This document shows, piece after piece, positions 13,584 to 26,526 of a stretch of DNA of 64,000 nucleotides. A program made the translations under genes and the position numbers. The first letter of the stretch is position 1, and each line of letters begins with the position of its first letter. The notes beneath the pieces were generated by a model. It had not been told where the DNA came from, did not search any database, and saw only the letters and a program-made list of their open reading frames with translations. Origin of the DNA: Takakia lepidozioides (taxonomy: Eukaryota; Plantae; Bryophyta); assembly GCA_030704615.1 (NCBI GenBank), contig CM060733.1, forward strand, positions 18,166,001 to 18,230,000. Direction: 5' to 3'.

Positions 13584-14075
13584 TGTAAGGATAAAGAACT
13601 AACCGACTCAAATACGACGAACAAAACTGGACTGGGCAATGAAACCAACGTGGTCCGCGTAAGACACAATTCATGAGAAAGACTCAATGATGAAATTTAT
13701 AAGAATAAGGGAGTAATGATCAAGGCAGACGTAAAGTCTAAATTGTACCTCAAGACTTGCGTTGACAAGACTGAGGTGTAGCCAGTCTCGCCTCCTATAT
13801 ATATTAGCTACCTATGAACTTTCTTAGGGAATTTTTCCAACCGAAGGACGTTTCTTGATAAGCTTCTTCAACTAAGGAATGTTTCCTTAGAAACTTCATC
13901 ACCACTATGGAGCTCTCTAAAGGGTTCGGATTTCTAGAAGGTTATGGAAAGTATCGGAATATTTTGGAATGTATAGAAGGTTATGGAATGTTTTGGAATC
14001 TATAAGTTTCTAGAAGGTTCATGGATTTTGATAGATGCTTCTCAGCTATGTCTGAGATATCATCCCCTCCTCTAG
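13584..14075 (-). mobile_element. 3' LTR with polypurine tract of a Gypsy-type retrotransposon (minus strand), internal part lost
   Basis: On the minus strand AGAGGAGGGGA (14063-14073) is followed directly by TG(ATATC...) and the segment ends ...TTACA at 13584. It contains a TATA run and repeated TCTAGAAGGTT/GGAA motifs typical of plant LTRs. Confidence 0.6.
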
Positions 14076-14504
14076 CACCGAGTTCCTCGAGGAGCGGGAA
14101 TATTCTTGGACTTGCTTTACTAGAGTTGAAAGAAGTCCAAAATGATATTTTGATTTTTTCATAAAATGAAGAAGAATATGGTTGTCATGTGTGTTTTGTC
14201 CTTTGTCCTTAATAAAGTACGATAGAAGACCAATGAAAAAATGACATCTTTTTCATCAATCTGAAGTTCAATTTTTGGGCAACGTAATTTTCGACAAAAA
14301 AAAATCTATGGATAAAAAAAAAATGCAAACTATAGTCGAATAGATTAGACCAGCCTCGGTTTGAGACATACCATGTTTTCTGAAATTTGCAAATTTCTAC
14401 AGAATCTTCATCGAAGATTATTCCAAAAACGCATTGAAATTTGATGCGACTCACAGGGAAAAACAAGTGCGTATGAGACGAGAAGGCTAAACAAACATTT
14501 GATA

Positions 14505-15376
14505 GGTTGAAGCATGCTTTACAACATCCCTCATTCTTGTACATGCTTATCTATCCAAATCATTCTTCTTGGAAGCAGATACATCAGACTTTGCAATTAT
14601 ATTACGAATAAGAATAAGAATAAGAATTTTCGACTACCTCCGGAAGTAAGTCCAAAGTTTGTGTCTCCGTATACGTGGCCTTTTTCGCAATTGAAATGTT
14701 ATGAATGAGGACATTTACGAGTTGGAGCTACCGGCGGAGAGCAAAATTCACCCATGTTTCATGTCTCATTTTTAAAAAACGCTACTTCAAGGATGAAGCG
14801 CGTCTAACTCGGCAATAAATTTTGCATCCGCCACATATGCTGCTGGATCATGAGAATGAACCCAAATATGAAATGGAGGCAATACTTAAGTGAAGGCGGA
14901 GCTGATATCAAGAGACAGAATATCTTGTAAAGTGGAGAGTGTACCACCAAATGGAGTCAAGTTGGGTATGTGCCTCAAAAATGAGAAACGCATCCAAGGT
15001 GGTAACGGCCTTCGAATGACAACTTCATAAGCGGAAGAAACGTTGATAGGAATATCAACCTTAGATGGTGGGGGAGGAAATGTATGTTTCGTTCAACTTA
15101 ACTAGTTCAGGAATAGTACGATTTTAAGGATTTGTGTTGTGCAAATTATTTTATAAAAATGAACCATTTCCAAATAATGTGTTTTGTATTTGTTTGACAT
15201 GGTGATGCATGGCGTGGTTGGCTACTATATAAGATGCATGCGAGAAGGAGGGATAAATTGGACAAGTCAGGTGAGTTCTGAACTCCAGCCACCTTACCAA
15301 TACTCCCCCACCATCTTCCTCATTTGCTCTACTATGAAAATTCTACTTACGATAATAGCATTATATACGTATTACA
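14505..15376 (+). mobile_element. Degenerate chromovirus (Ty3/Gypsy) remnant: RNase H fragment, integrase C-terminus, chromodomain, PPT, 3' LTR
   Basis: AFTTSLILVHAYLSKSFFLEADTSDFA (RNase H start). PKFVSPYTWPF...YELELPAESKIHPxFHVSFLK (GPF/Y region). YEMEAILK...EYLVKWRVY...SSWV (chromodomain). PPT GGGGGAGGAAA is followed by TGT at 15081, and the LTR ends ...TTACA at 15376. Confidence 0.8.
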
Positions 15377-15935
15377 TATAATATCATATCTTGGACTTTG
15401 TAAAGTTTTTTTTCCTCCCGCTACTAAACCTATAATGGAAATGATACTTGAATGATACCAGTATTGATATATGAGACCAGCTGGTATGGTGACCATGATA
15501 TTTTAGTACTCATACCATTATTTAAACAAAATACATCTGCCATTATATGTATCAGACTGATATAAATTATTTGTGAAACCTTTGGTACTCATACGAGTCT
15601 GTAATATGTCCTAAGCATGATACCAAACCAACACAGGCATACATGAGGATTTTTATTATTTATTTATGCCCCTCAAAATTCACTGACAGCAATATACCCT
15701 GACCCAGAGGGTAAATATAACTTTGAAAATACAGTATACTCAGACCCGGAAGATGGTAGACTCCACACTGGAAAAAACCGTGGTCAGCCATCACTCCATA
15801 TCAAGCAGCATAAAATTGGTTCATGAAATAGAACATAGTAGACTCCACTTTGGAAGAAACTGTGGTCAGCCCTCCACCCCAGCATCACAAGGTAGTAAAT
15901 AACTTGTGAGGTCCAGTAGATTGTGGGGAGAAGAA

Positions 15936-18900
15936 TCACAATGGTTGTGACTGAATAGCAGATTGCCCAGTTATCATTGCCAGCATCTTTAGTGCCATGC
16001 AGGGGTTGTCAGACGGCACCTGCCAAATCCACATATTCCACCTCCTTGTTACTAATAGTTCAAGTTCCATATCCCATTTCAGCTTCCATAACTGATCACC
16101 TCGACATTTCACTTGTAACATCCTAACATAACTTCCTGCAAATATAGAACCCTGGATGGACTCATCTCCAATTCGAACCATCATTTTCAACAAATGGTGA
16201 CATGACTGTTGAGGAAATGGATCCAGGGTCTAGTGACTCTTCCCATTCACCACCAATCTTCCAAACCTTTGTGGAGGGTGACGTTGTTGTTAATAATCAC
16301 CTAGTTCTTCAACCACCATATTAGTGCCTTACTTCATTTGGAGTAAAAATTCTGATGTGTCAGATCTAATACATTTGGACAAAACCTAGCTGACTCCAGT
16401 CTTTGACCAGGTGCATGATAGGGAGGTTACCATGTGACCAGCACTCATGATCCAATAGAATGCAAGATTCTTGTGTTTCTTTACAAATGCTGCTGTCTCG
16501 CCGCCTTTGTCACAATAAAAAGGGGAGCGCTTGGCAGAGTTGTATGCTGCCAGCTCCGGCCACCTGCATCCAAAACCCATTAGCTTCAGATGCAATTAGT
16601 ACATATACATGTGTACACACCACACTACAAACTGCAACCTGTGTAACAACATTGAAGCACAGAGATAAGACCTACAAAAATAAGAAACAGACATATCCAT
16701 GGACCATTGCCAGACAAAGAGAGAAAGGAATCACCCATATAGCCTCCACAGGGTGCCCCAACAGGTATAGAGACAGAGATGATGGGCGCATATAGCTGAG
16801 GCAGACATGATCCATTGAGACTAGGGTTGCGAGTCTCTCAAACTATCTACTGAACACGTGGGGGAGAACCTAAGCCTTGATAAAATTCACTGGTCAAAAT
16901 TCACAGTGGCTAGCGTTTTCTGTTGATTAACATACTTAGCTACCACTTCCTCAACATCGGCCATGGCCCATCGATGAGTGCTACCCAAGCATATCAACCT
17001 CATGGAGAGGTTGTGAAGTTTTTAACCATCAGAGATTGAACTCCCTACAACTGCCTTGGTGCTTGCCCACAGTAAATGACAATTCCATCTAGGGTTTTCT
17101 AGAATTTTGATCTGAAGGCTACAATTGTCTGTCAATTCAAAATATTAATCAGCCTGCTGCTATCATGTATATACGTAAATGCAGAGTAAACTCGAAATCA
17201 CATTTGAGAGGTAACCAAATACCAGAGAGATAAGACTGTATAACCCAAGATCTGACTCCTGGGCTGCAATTGCGCTGCCAGTCCCCGACAGACCAAGAGG
17301 CAGAAAGAGTGATGAAAGGCCCTCAGTTACACCCAATAATGAGAGAGGTAGCAATACTAGTACTTGCGAACCCAAAGTCGAGAGTAGCAAGGAATTCCCA
17401 GCTTGATAATGACATCTCTGAAAGTGTCCCCCTTCTACCATACAAACAGCAGAGAAGGAATTTGAGCCACAGGCCAATTAGTGTCTCATCTCCACTGAAG
17501 TCCGCCTGAAAAACGCAATATAAAGTAAGATGGCTGCTTACTTGAGTTTTTGAATCCAAGCCTCCGTGCCTGTGGTGCAACAGATCAGGTCCAGCTGCAA
17601 GTAGCACATGATAATTGTCAAATGTGGTTTAAGTCATGGGACACACCTTAAAGAGGGGGAGGATACGACACCAACTCTTTGGTCGCTCCTCCTTGCAGAG
17701 GAGACTACACATTGGTGCCAAACTGTTGTACCCTTCCCAAGTAATAGATACAATCTAAGATAAACCTCCCTTCGTTGAACAAGCGGTGAAGAACGTGGCT
17801 TCAGAGATGGATGAAAAGGTAACCATGCAAGAATGTGAGAATTATGAGGTGACATAAGTGCGTAATTTTATGGATTTGGAGGAGCGATTACATGACCTGC
17901 CGCTTGTCTTGATCCCATTGCAGTGGAACCAATGGAACAGTGTCATTTTAGGTCCTACTGACAGAACTGTTGTATGACTCTTGTAGGTCTTCTGAGAAAC
18001 AATCCCCTTTGTGGTCCTATGCTCGGGCATCATTTAGAATGGGGTGGACAATATCATCCTACCCACTTCACTTTCGAGAACTGAAGTGCTTTGTAAAATA
18101 CACATGGCCGGTTTTACAGCCTGCAAAGAAAAAGTACATCTGTGAATGACCATATACCATCCAGGCACAACACTAGACTGCCAAGATCACCTAGCTTAAG
18201 AACAAAGGCACATGTGGATCATGATTTGAGCAACTTAAGAGAGTGAACTTACTTGACCACTGTAGATGGTTACATTCACACCAGCTGTCAACAGTTCATC
18301 AACCTGCAGAGACCGAACCCATGATCAAGCTGAAACTGGATGCTTTAATACACAACGAATTTTATCCTTCCTATAGGCAAGAAAACAAGCATCGTTCTGA
18401 AAGACCCTGGGATTCAACCACATAAGGTCATTAACTGCTTGAATGGCACGCATTCTCAAGGCACAGAATATAATTTATGGTGTACACAAATCTTCCAGTA
18501 CTCACCTTCTGCACGGTATCCTTCATGAAATCGCCAGCAAGGGCTTCAAATACAACATTTGACGACTCCGACCAGCTGTCACATTCCAAACATTATCAAC
18601 TCCTGTTATCGCTAAGCACCTTGAATATTTGAACTGGGTTTAGTTTAGATCTGGAATATAAAGACAGCCTCATTGCTCAATACTACTTTAGCCTCACTAA
18701 GCTTTACAAGCCCCACCTAACGTTCATAGGAATGATGCCCAGCTTTTCACGAATAGGCCCGTTCATCACTTGTGCCAAGTCTTCCGATTCAGTAACCTGA
18801 AGCTGCCGAGCAGCCAACCTGGCCAGCCCTGGTGCACCCAAAGATGAACTCGAACTTGTGTCATGCCGCAGTAAGTTGTAAAAATCCTGCACAACATTCC

Positions 18901-21900
18901 AGAAATGAACAAATGAGACAAAATTTCCAGAGACCATTCTAACCTCCCTGTACAATGCATCTTATGGAGAATCCATGAATCATCCACACATGAACTTACC
19001 ACATTGTCTGTAAGGTCCATCACAGCCTCCTCCATATCCCCCCAGATCAGAGTAGCATTCACAAAGTTCTGTTTCTCCAATTCTGTTCCTGCTGCTGTTG
19101 CAAACCTGGTCACAATTACAGTCTGGTCAATGTCACTATGCATTAAGTCAATGCAGTCTCTTTAAACTTTGCAGCCTTAGTGACAACTCCTGAGCAAACC
19201 AAGGTGGTCAAAGCATGCTCACACCTGGCTACCATACGGCATTGCGCATATTCTCTAGATAAAAAATGAGTCCAGCATACCTGTTAACAATCTCAAAACC
19301 TGTCTCATCAATCAGGGAAAACGACTTCAATAGAGGACCCCAAGCAAACTGCACCACAAGCGAGACGCGTTACAGCATCTTTTTGTGAATTTGGGCAGAC
19401 CCAAGACCGTTTGCTGTATTTCAAGCTAAAAGAACATTCTCATTCTTCCATTTTCTCACGTCTTTTAAGTCTCCTTGGCCTTGGGGTGCATCTTAGATTC
19501 TTGTTCTCATTCATTCTCATCGACCACTCAATGTGACCTTGGACTATGAGGTGCCCCTTAGGACAGTCCCTGAAGGATGGTAGCCATCCTGGAGTAATCA
19601 TGGGGGTTTCAGTGCATCGGGGTATATGAGACTCTGGCCTGAACTTGCCACAGCCTCGCACAGACACCCGAGGACCCTCCGATTGATTTATCAACTTACA
19701 GTGACATCAAACCTAAACGCATGAGGTTGATTCCAGCACTCACTCCTTGGGCCCCTAGCTTGAACAGATGTGACAATATGGCTGTTGCTACACCACCAGC
19801 CACAGTGTTGACGAAAAAACACACACTACAGGCTAGAAGAACAACCTGTGAGGTTTGATTCCTCCTCTCATTCCTTGGGCCTCTGGCTGGAACAGATGCG
19901 ACACGTGCCTGTTGTTGCAATATCGGCTACAGTGTTGAGGAAAACTTGCACACTACAAGCTAGAAAGAACAATCTGCCATAAGCGAACCTAAGTTCCAAA
20001 AGTAGAGCTGCTGAAGATGCAGGTCAGAAGCAACAGGTCTAGGACCATACATACCAGGAAATCAATTGGTGAAATCCATGTGTCTCCGAGTGCAACCCCT
20101 GCCAATCATCAAGGATATTTCAATACAGGCAAAGGCCTCTAGTCATTGCAGAGAGTTTCTTCTTCTGCTATTGATGATGCTCCCTTGAGCTTGCCCCTCG
20201 AACTTTTGAAGTACAGAGCTGCTCTGTTGCAATCTATAAGCTGGCATTTGAGTTTGGCTCTTCACTTTGTTGTTGTGGGTATCTGTGTGGACTTCAGAAC
20301 ATCTATTCTCAAGCTCTATGACTCTCGATTAACAAGAGCAGTGCGGGCTCTATAAAATGCTGATCAGACAATCACTAAATGACTCATCTGATATCCTGGG
20401 GACTAGACTCTGGATGCTGAAGTATTTGATAGTTGTACGGTCCTTGCTTACTTCCTTTCTGGCAAATTCAAGACACAACCGAATGCCTTGCCAAATGCAG
20501 ATGAAGCCCAATCAATTTGATGCTTCTTCACCATGCTGAATTTCATTCTATTTTTAGCATTTTTGCAATACCGTCCATGTTGGGTGAGGTATCCAGCTGA
20601 GGTCTGGGTTTGGAAGTCAAATGGTGTTTGATGAAGATTAGAATCATTAACCTGATTCTCACTTCAGCTTGTGAAGGCACAACAAACACTTTGCAGATGA
20701 GTGTGTGCCTGTAGACACACAGCCCGAAAGTATCAACTCAAATGCCAAAGCAAAGCAATTGCCAACGATACAGAGATCCTTCTAGATTTCATATCTTTTA
20801 GTGCAAAAAAGAGGCTGCCCAAGAAAGTTAATACCTTGGAAGTTGGAGGCCAGTGCACCTGAGGCTAGTGCAACCCCCAGTTCACTAGCATATTTGCCTC
20901 CATATGATTCAGCTACAATATACAAAGGAGCATTTTGAAGTGCTGCATGAGCCTTGAAGAAGATCGTGAGGAAGGATACTAGATCATCTGTGACCTCCTT
21001 GTTATTCGTGGTAAGAAGTATAGTGTTGTCCACATAACTGAAACCTGACCCAACCAGTAAGTCCAATACACATCACCAACGTGCAATGTACCTGGAAATC
21101 CTATAGCATGTAAGGAGCAAAACATTTTTTGGCCACTTAAGAGCCCAACACTTGGTTGTCTATCTTTGTAAATCCTAGCCACAGGAAGTACTACGGCTAA
21201 ATAAAGTGAAAATGGACCATTCTCCCAAGCCCTTAACAAGAAACAATGTAGACAGACCCTCCTCCAAAGTCTAGCACCTCACCTGTGCCAACAGGGTTAT
21301 CCTGAATGATCCAGTGCACAACAGAACCACCATGTCACCAAAACTTCAGAATGGTAGTCTCTCCACTTCATTCATATCTCATCCAGAGCTCCCTTTAAAG
21401 GACCTTTGCCTACCACCCAGTTGTCACACCTAATAAGATAGAAAGAGTGAAGAAGAGAATGACTGTCACAGATTATCAAATGAACAGCAGTATACAAACT
21501 CCCGTGCTGGGAGAGAAGGTAACAGAAACTACCACAAAGAGTAAGTGTGCCACTTTCAGCCAGGTGCTCTCTCGCGGCTGCAAGTCAATCGAAAGAGGGC
21601 CCACTTCTTGAAAATTCCCAAAGCCAGCACCTGATGCCCCCTGCAACATTTCTAATAAGTTTTAAATTGAGAGCATATCCTCCTGTGCATTATTCCAATT
21701 TTTTGCAGAATATCTATGTTGCTCATCAGAAATAGTGGCTGCCCTCCTCATTGCTGGGGAAACACATGGAGTCAATCGGGTGGGGGGGGGTCGGTCTGGG
21801 CTGTGTTTCTTCGCTTATTATTCAAGGAAGAGGCTCCAAGTGGGAAGGAATTAGAATGGACAGACCTAGCTTGTTGAGGGACTTACCTATGTACACTTGT

Positions 21901-23399
21901 GTATAATTAAGGTGGTAAATGAGTGGATCAAACAAATTAAAATGCAAGACTAATGGCTCTGATGCGAAGTTTGGAAGGACAACTGACCGGGCCACCCTGA
22001 AGCCATAAGACCAAGGGCACATTGTCCTTTGAGAGCAGGTTAGAGTAGTACAACCACCAGAACATGTGAGCTCCTGCACAACTCCCACCCAACACATATC
22101 ATGGCCAATGATGAGAGAACATTGCATTCTGGAATTGGGACAATAGTAAATACAGTAAACACATTTTCAGCTTCATCTGGACCTTTCCATTGCATGGCTT
22201 ACCAGATTCCAAAGATATCCCCTAAAAATTTAGGAAGGACTTTTTCTGCCTACCTCAATCACTCTGCTTCACAAATGATATCTTCCTCCCACTCTTTTCC
22301 TTCCCCCAGCATCCACAGCATTTGGGAACTTATCAGTGTCTTCACATGGCTTAGTCAGTGTCTGCTGGGTAAGACAGTCGAAATTCCACATAACTGAGAG
22401 AAAGGACAAAATGTCTTGGGCTCATTAAAGGCCAATGCACATTCATGTCCACACTATCGAGATCAGTTTAGGTCGCCATACCCTACAAACTAAAGCATTC
22501 ACTTCGCCAAAATTATGGGTGCATATATCCGTCAAGTGTCCCCAACTAGCCGTCAACCACACCTCGTCATGAAGGATAGCTCTAGGCACGATGGATGTCC
22601 AGAATACTTCCTGAAAAGTGCTAAAGGGATTTGCTCTGAAACCTTCCAGGTCCTCAGGATGGGCAGGAGCCAGCCACAAATGCAGACCTGATCATGCTAA
22701 CCTTAACTGGCTCTAACTTGATGTATGAGCTGGATTGATCATGTTCCACAGCCGAGGGTAACACATCAAGCACATGGAAGTGTTCGAATTTCGCATGTAG
22801 TAATTGGAGGAAAGACTTCAGTAACCCTGGAAGTTAAGCTACTTTTAACAATACATTAACACTCTTCTGTGAGGCAACTTGCTACATTTCGTAATCCAAG
22901 TTAGCGTCTAAATACCACCATTTCTTGTCCATAATTACAACTAAGACCTCGAACCTCCCTACCAACATGTATTCACAACCCTACATCCATGTCCCCCTTT
23001 GCGCGGTGCGACATACAATTTCCTGCCTATCGCTGCATGGTGAAAGTGTCGGATTATAAATTTGAGCACACGGTTGCCATAGCCACAGGAAGCTGATGCA
23101 TGTGACCGAAGTCCTTGTGACCTGGATCGACAGCACGAGTGATCCAGAAAGCTCTAAATTCAGTCACATAAAATACAAGAAGTAGAAATGCAAAAGCCCC
23201 AGAAGATGGAAAATGCATTCTCCTAACAGAGCATCCATCCAGCAAAATGACCGAGGCTGTGAATACCAGGGCGAACATCTGTGTAGCCCCACTCCTCAGC
23301 GCCATCAGATGTTGCAGCGCTACTGTCGCAGAATGCAGCCGCAGGAAAATGCAGCAGCAGCAAAGGCAATATAACAAGCAAGCGCGTAAGCATAGCCAT
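15936..23399 (-). CDS. SCPL51: Serine carboxypeptidase-like 51 (S10, SCPEP1/RISC-like clade), secreted; 14 exons
   Basis: The spliced frame reads signal peptide-EEWGYTDVRP/GAHMFWWLY...LWLQGGP/GASGAGFGNFQEVGP...LLFV/DNPVGTG/FSYVD...AESYGGK/GVALGDTWISP/.../LDLICCTTGTEAW/...YWIMSAGHM/VPSDNP. The Ser-Asp-His triad is intact and junctions are GT-AG, including a 19-nt microexon at 21283-21301. Confidence 0.93.
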
Positions 23400-24127
23400 T
23401 GAATTGGCAGGATCTGAGCGCAAGCTTGCCGCAATCGCTCCCTCTCTTCCTCGGCTCACGTGCCACTTTTCTATCCGGAACAATCAGGTGGCAACTCACT
23501 CTTCAAACGTATCACTCCATTTATTTTTAAAATATCGGCCCTGCCCCAGGCACGACTACGCAAAAGCAATCCAATAGATAGCCCTAGGGTTAGGAACCCT
23601 CCTCCTCGTGCGCAGCCTTGGCCAAAGTATTCTAAAGCTCATAACTTCCAATTTTTGTTTTGGTCTAATCCTGGACCGTTAGATACTAGGTCCAACCCGG
23701 GTATCAATACTGGTAGGTAATACCATACCCAATGGTAGGTAAGGTGGCCAATACCCCGGGCAATACCATACTAGGGCCAATACGCTCCTCGCTCCATATT
23801 GCGGTGTATATCACACCGTATCGTGATGAAGGATATTGCTATTGATACCAGTATTGCTGCGAGTCGAGCTATGTGTGGAGGGCAAGTGAATTATTCTGTT
23901 CAATTAAAAAGGCATGCAAACTTTTGGGTGGGTGTGGATCAGCGCTGAAATAGCTAAGGGAAGTTCTTTGCTTCAAATGTAAATTGGAGGTAAAGGAACT
24001 ATGCATGTCATTGAATGTTACATTGACTGGTGCACAGTTTGAGCACCGCCTCGGGCAATAATCACAATTCAAGTATGTTTGGGGGCTCAATTATGGGGTT
24101 TCTCCTTTTTTTAAGTATAAATGGTTA

Positions 24128-24340
24128 TTGCGACGCCCCGGCGTCGAAGGGGGCGCCCCAACGTCGCACAGTTGCGCCGGGGCACCCCTTGCGATGCTAG
24201 GGCATCGCAACGCCCTAAAATATATATATATATTGCGACATCCCGGCGTCGCAAGCCAAAAAAAGCCATCGCAAGCCCCCGAGGCGACGCACCTTGCGCC
24301 TCGGGGGCTTGCGACGGCTGGGCAACGCAGCAGGGCCGTC
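24128..24340. repeat. GC-rich hairpin-forming segment, probably a MITE remnant
   Basis: Perfect 18-bp stem TCGCAAGCCCCCGAGGCG (24269-24286) / CGCCTCGGGGGCTTGCGA (24297-24314), plus several TTGCGA..TCGCAA inverted pairs. Confidence 0.55.
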
Positions 24341-24514
24341 TTTCCTCCTTCATACCACCTTGTGACGGTGTATGGTAGCATACAGATTCAATCACAAGTT
24401 GATAGATCCACGTTCAGTGACTACAATGGCACAACAGCATGCATGGTCAAGGCATGGTCACAGATATCAACACTTTGGAGCAACATGTATCACAAACCTG
24501 AATTGATAACTAAC

Positions 24515-25835
24515 TGTTATCTGTTTTTGGATACTTTCATGTTGTCACATTGGCAGTATCATGTCAAAGTCACTCCAAACTATCAAAGGTTCACTCAACC
24601 AACTAACATGCAGAATTCAACATGGAAATTTAGGGTCAATTCTGATAAGAAAGAAAAATAGGGTAAAATGTGTTGAAGAAGGTGCCTTCATTAGCAGTGC
24701 CTGATTTATCAAATTCCACCGCTACTGCTGCAGCTTCCAGTTAACCATCTATCCATGCAGGTTGCTAGTAGCTATTGATCCACAGGGAATCATAGGAGCT
24801 TGAAGTCCGGCCCTCTTTGATGAATCTGGACCCACACTCTATCCATGCTCCTTCAGCTATCCATGCCTCTGCCAAAATCATGCATTCACCCTTGTCTTGC
24901 TGCTAGCAGCTGAGAATGAAAGCCTCGAATTGTTCTAGGAAACACCCAACTCAACTTATCACACTAGTTCCTATGCTCAATTGCATCTTCTACTCTTTGT
25001 ACTCCAACAGGCATTCACCTTTTTGCCTAGATTGTCCCAACGTTGACTGGGGTCAGAAAAGTATTCACTACAACATAACGTTCCCAGGCTTGCACACGCA
25101 TTGCAAACACAAATAAATGTGATGCAATTGGGCTTCAACCCTTCGCGTAGCATTTGCTCATAGGTCTCCAAAGCATTCCTACCAACTCATGCTTGGTAGA
25201 TCTTGCCAACATTATATTCCACGTGATCAAAGATCGTTGAGGGATTCTGTTGAACACTTGGTGAGCATAGATGTACACCAGGGGAATGTTCAGAATGACA
25301 TCTGGTACAATACCAGCTTTAATAATGTCACCATGAACCTCTTTGACCATTCCCAGGGCTGCTAAGCTCGCATATGCATATTATAAACACAAATGAGCAT
25401 GACCTGGTCTGGCTTCATCCCTTCCCACATCATTTTCTCTTAGGTTTCCAAAGCTTTAATCACATACCCATGTTGCACATACCTTGCAATCATGGCACTC
25501 CAAAACACCACATCTCGTTCAGCCATATTGTCGAACTTTCCTTTCGCGTCAGGCTTGCTGCACCCCACATTTGGCATACATGTCCACCAGGGCAGAGTTC
25601 AGAATGACAACTAGTACAATTTCAACTTTAACGATGGCACTGTGGCCGAGAGTGACATCTAGTGATACATTTTCAGCTTTGACGATGTCACCATGGACCT
25701 TTGTGCCCTTTTTAGGGCTGCCAGGCTCACAATTTGTCGTAGATGTACACCAAGGGAATGTTCAGAATGAAATCTGGTATAATTCCAGCTTTGATAATGT
25801 CACCATGAACCTCTTTGCCCCTTCCCAGGGCCCTG
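24515..25835 (-). pseudogene. Degenerate PLS-class PPR gene fragments plus a duplicated N-terminal segment
   Basis: VHGDIIKAGIVPDVILN, HQVFNRIPQRSLITWNIML and LETYEQMLREGLKPNCITFICVCNACASL, with frameshifts. 24515-24720 matches 27900-28095 and 24720-24845 matches 57290-57435. Confidence 0.85.
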
Positions 25836-26526
25836 GGGGGTGCACTCTTTATAAAATGTCTGTATCACGTGCGTTCGCAGCCTAATAAAAAAAAACCCTG
25901 TACACGGGTCCTTGGATCATTTATACCCCCTCTGTACATACATTTTGAATATTATAAAATCCCCTTCTGCAAATATATAGAAATTTGTAATTTTTTTAAA
26001 AATACCCCCTTCTATATGTATACTTCCCTTTTCAATAATTAAAAAATACCCTCAAATATGTATATGTATGTTTTTATATTATATCAAGTTTATTAATTAA
26101 AAAATATAATAAAATCTAATAATTAATTAAAAAAAATCTGTTTGCCTTCGATAAAACTTGTTGTGGAATCTCACTTTGAACAATAATCAGATGCAGAGAG
26201 GAAAGGGACATTGGCAATGCCCGATGTGCAAGAGGCCTAAAGAAAGTTTCCATTTTCTGATATACAGTCCTGGGTATTTTCATCAGAGAGTGACCTTCTT
26301 GAAGACCATCAAGACCTAGTCACTGCACCTCTGTTCATCAACTAGGACAGTTTCTGAACTTGTTCTACAGTTTCAACCTTCGCAAGGTCCAACTATGTTC
26401 AAACCTACTGTTGAGAATTCCTCTCCAAAAAGAGATTTCGTGCGCCTTTGTTGCCACTGTTGGAGTCCAACCTGACTCGCAGCTGACAGAGTTCAATACA
26501 TTCAATTAGGTGACAAGCATTTCATT

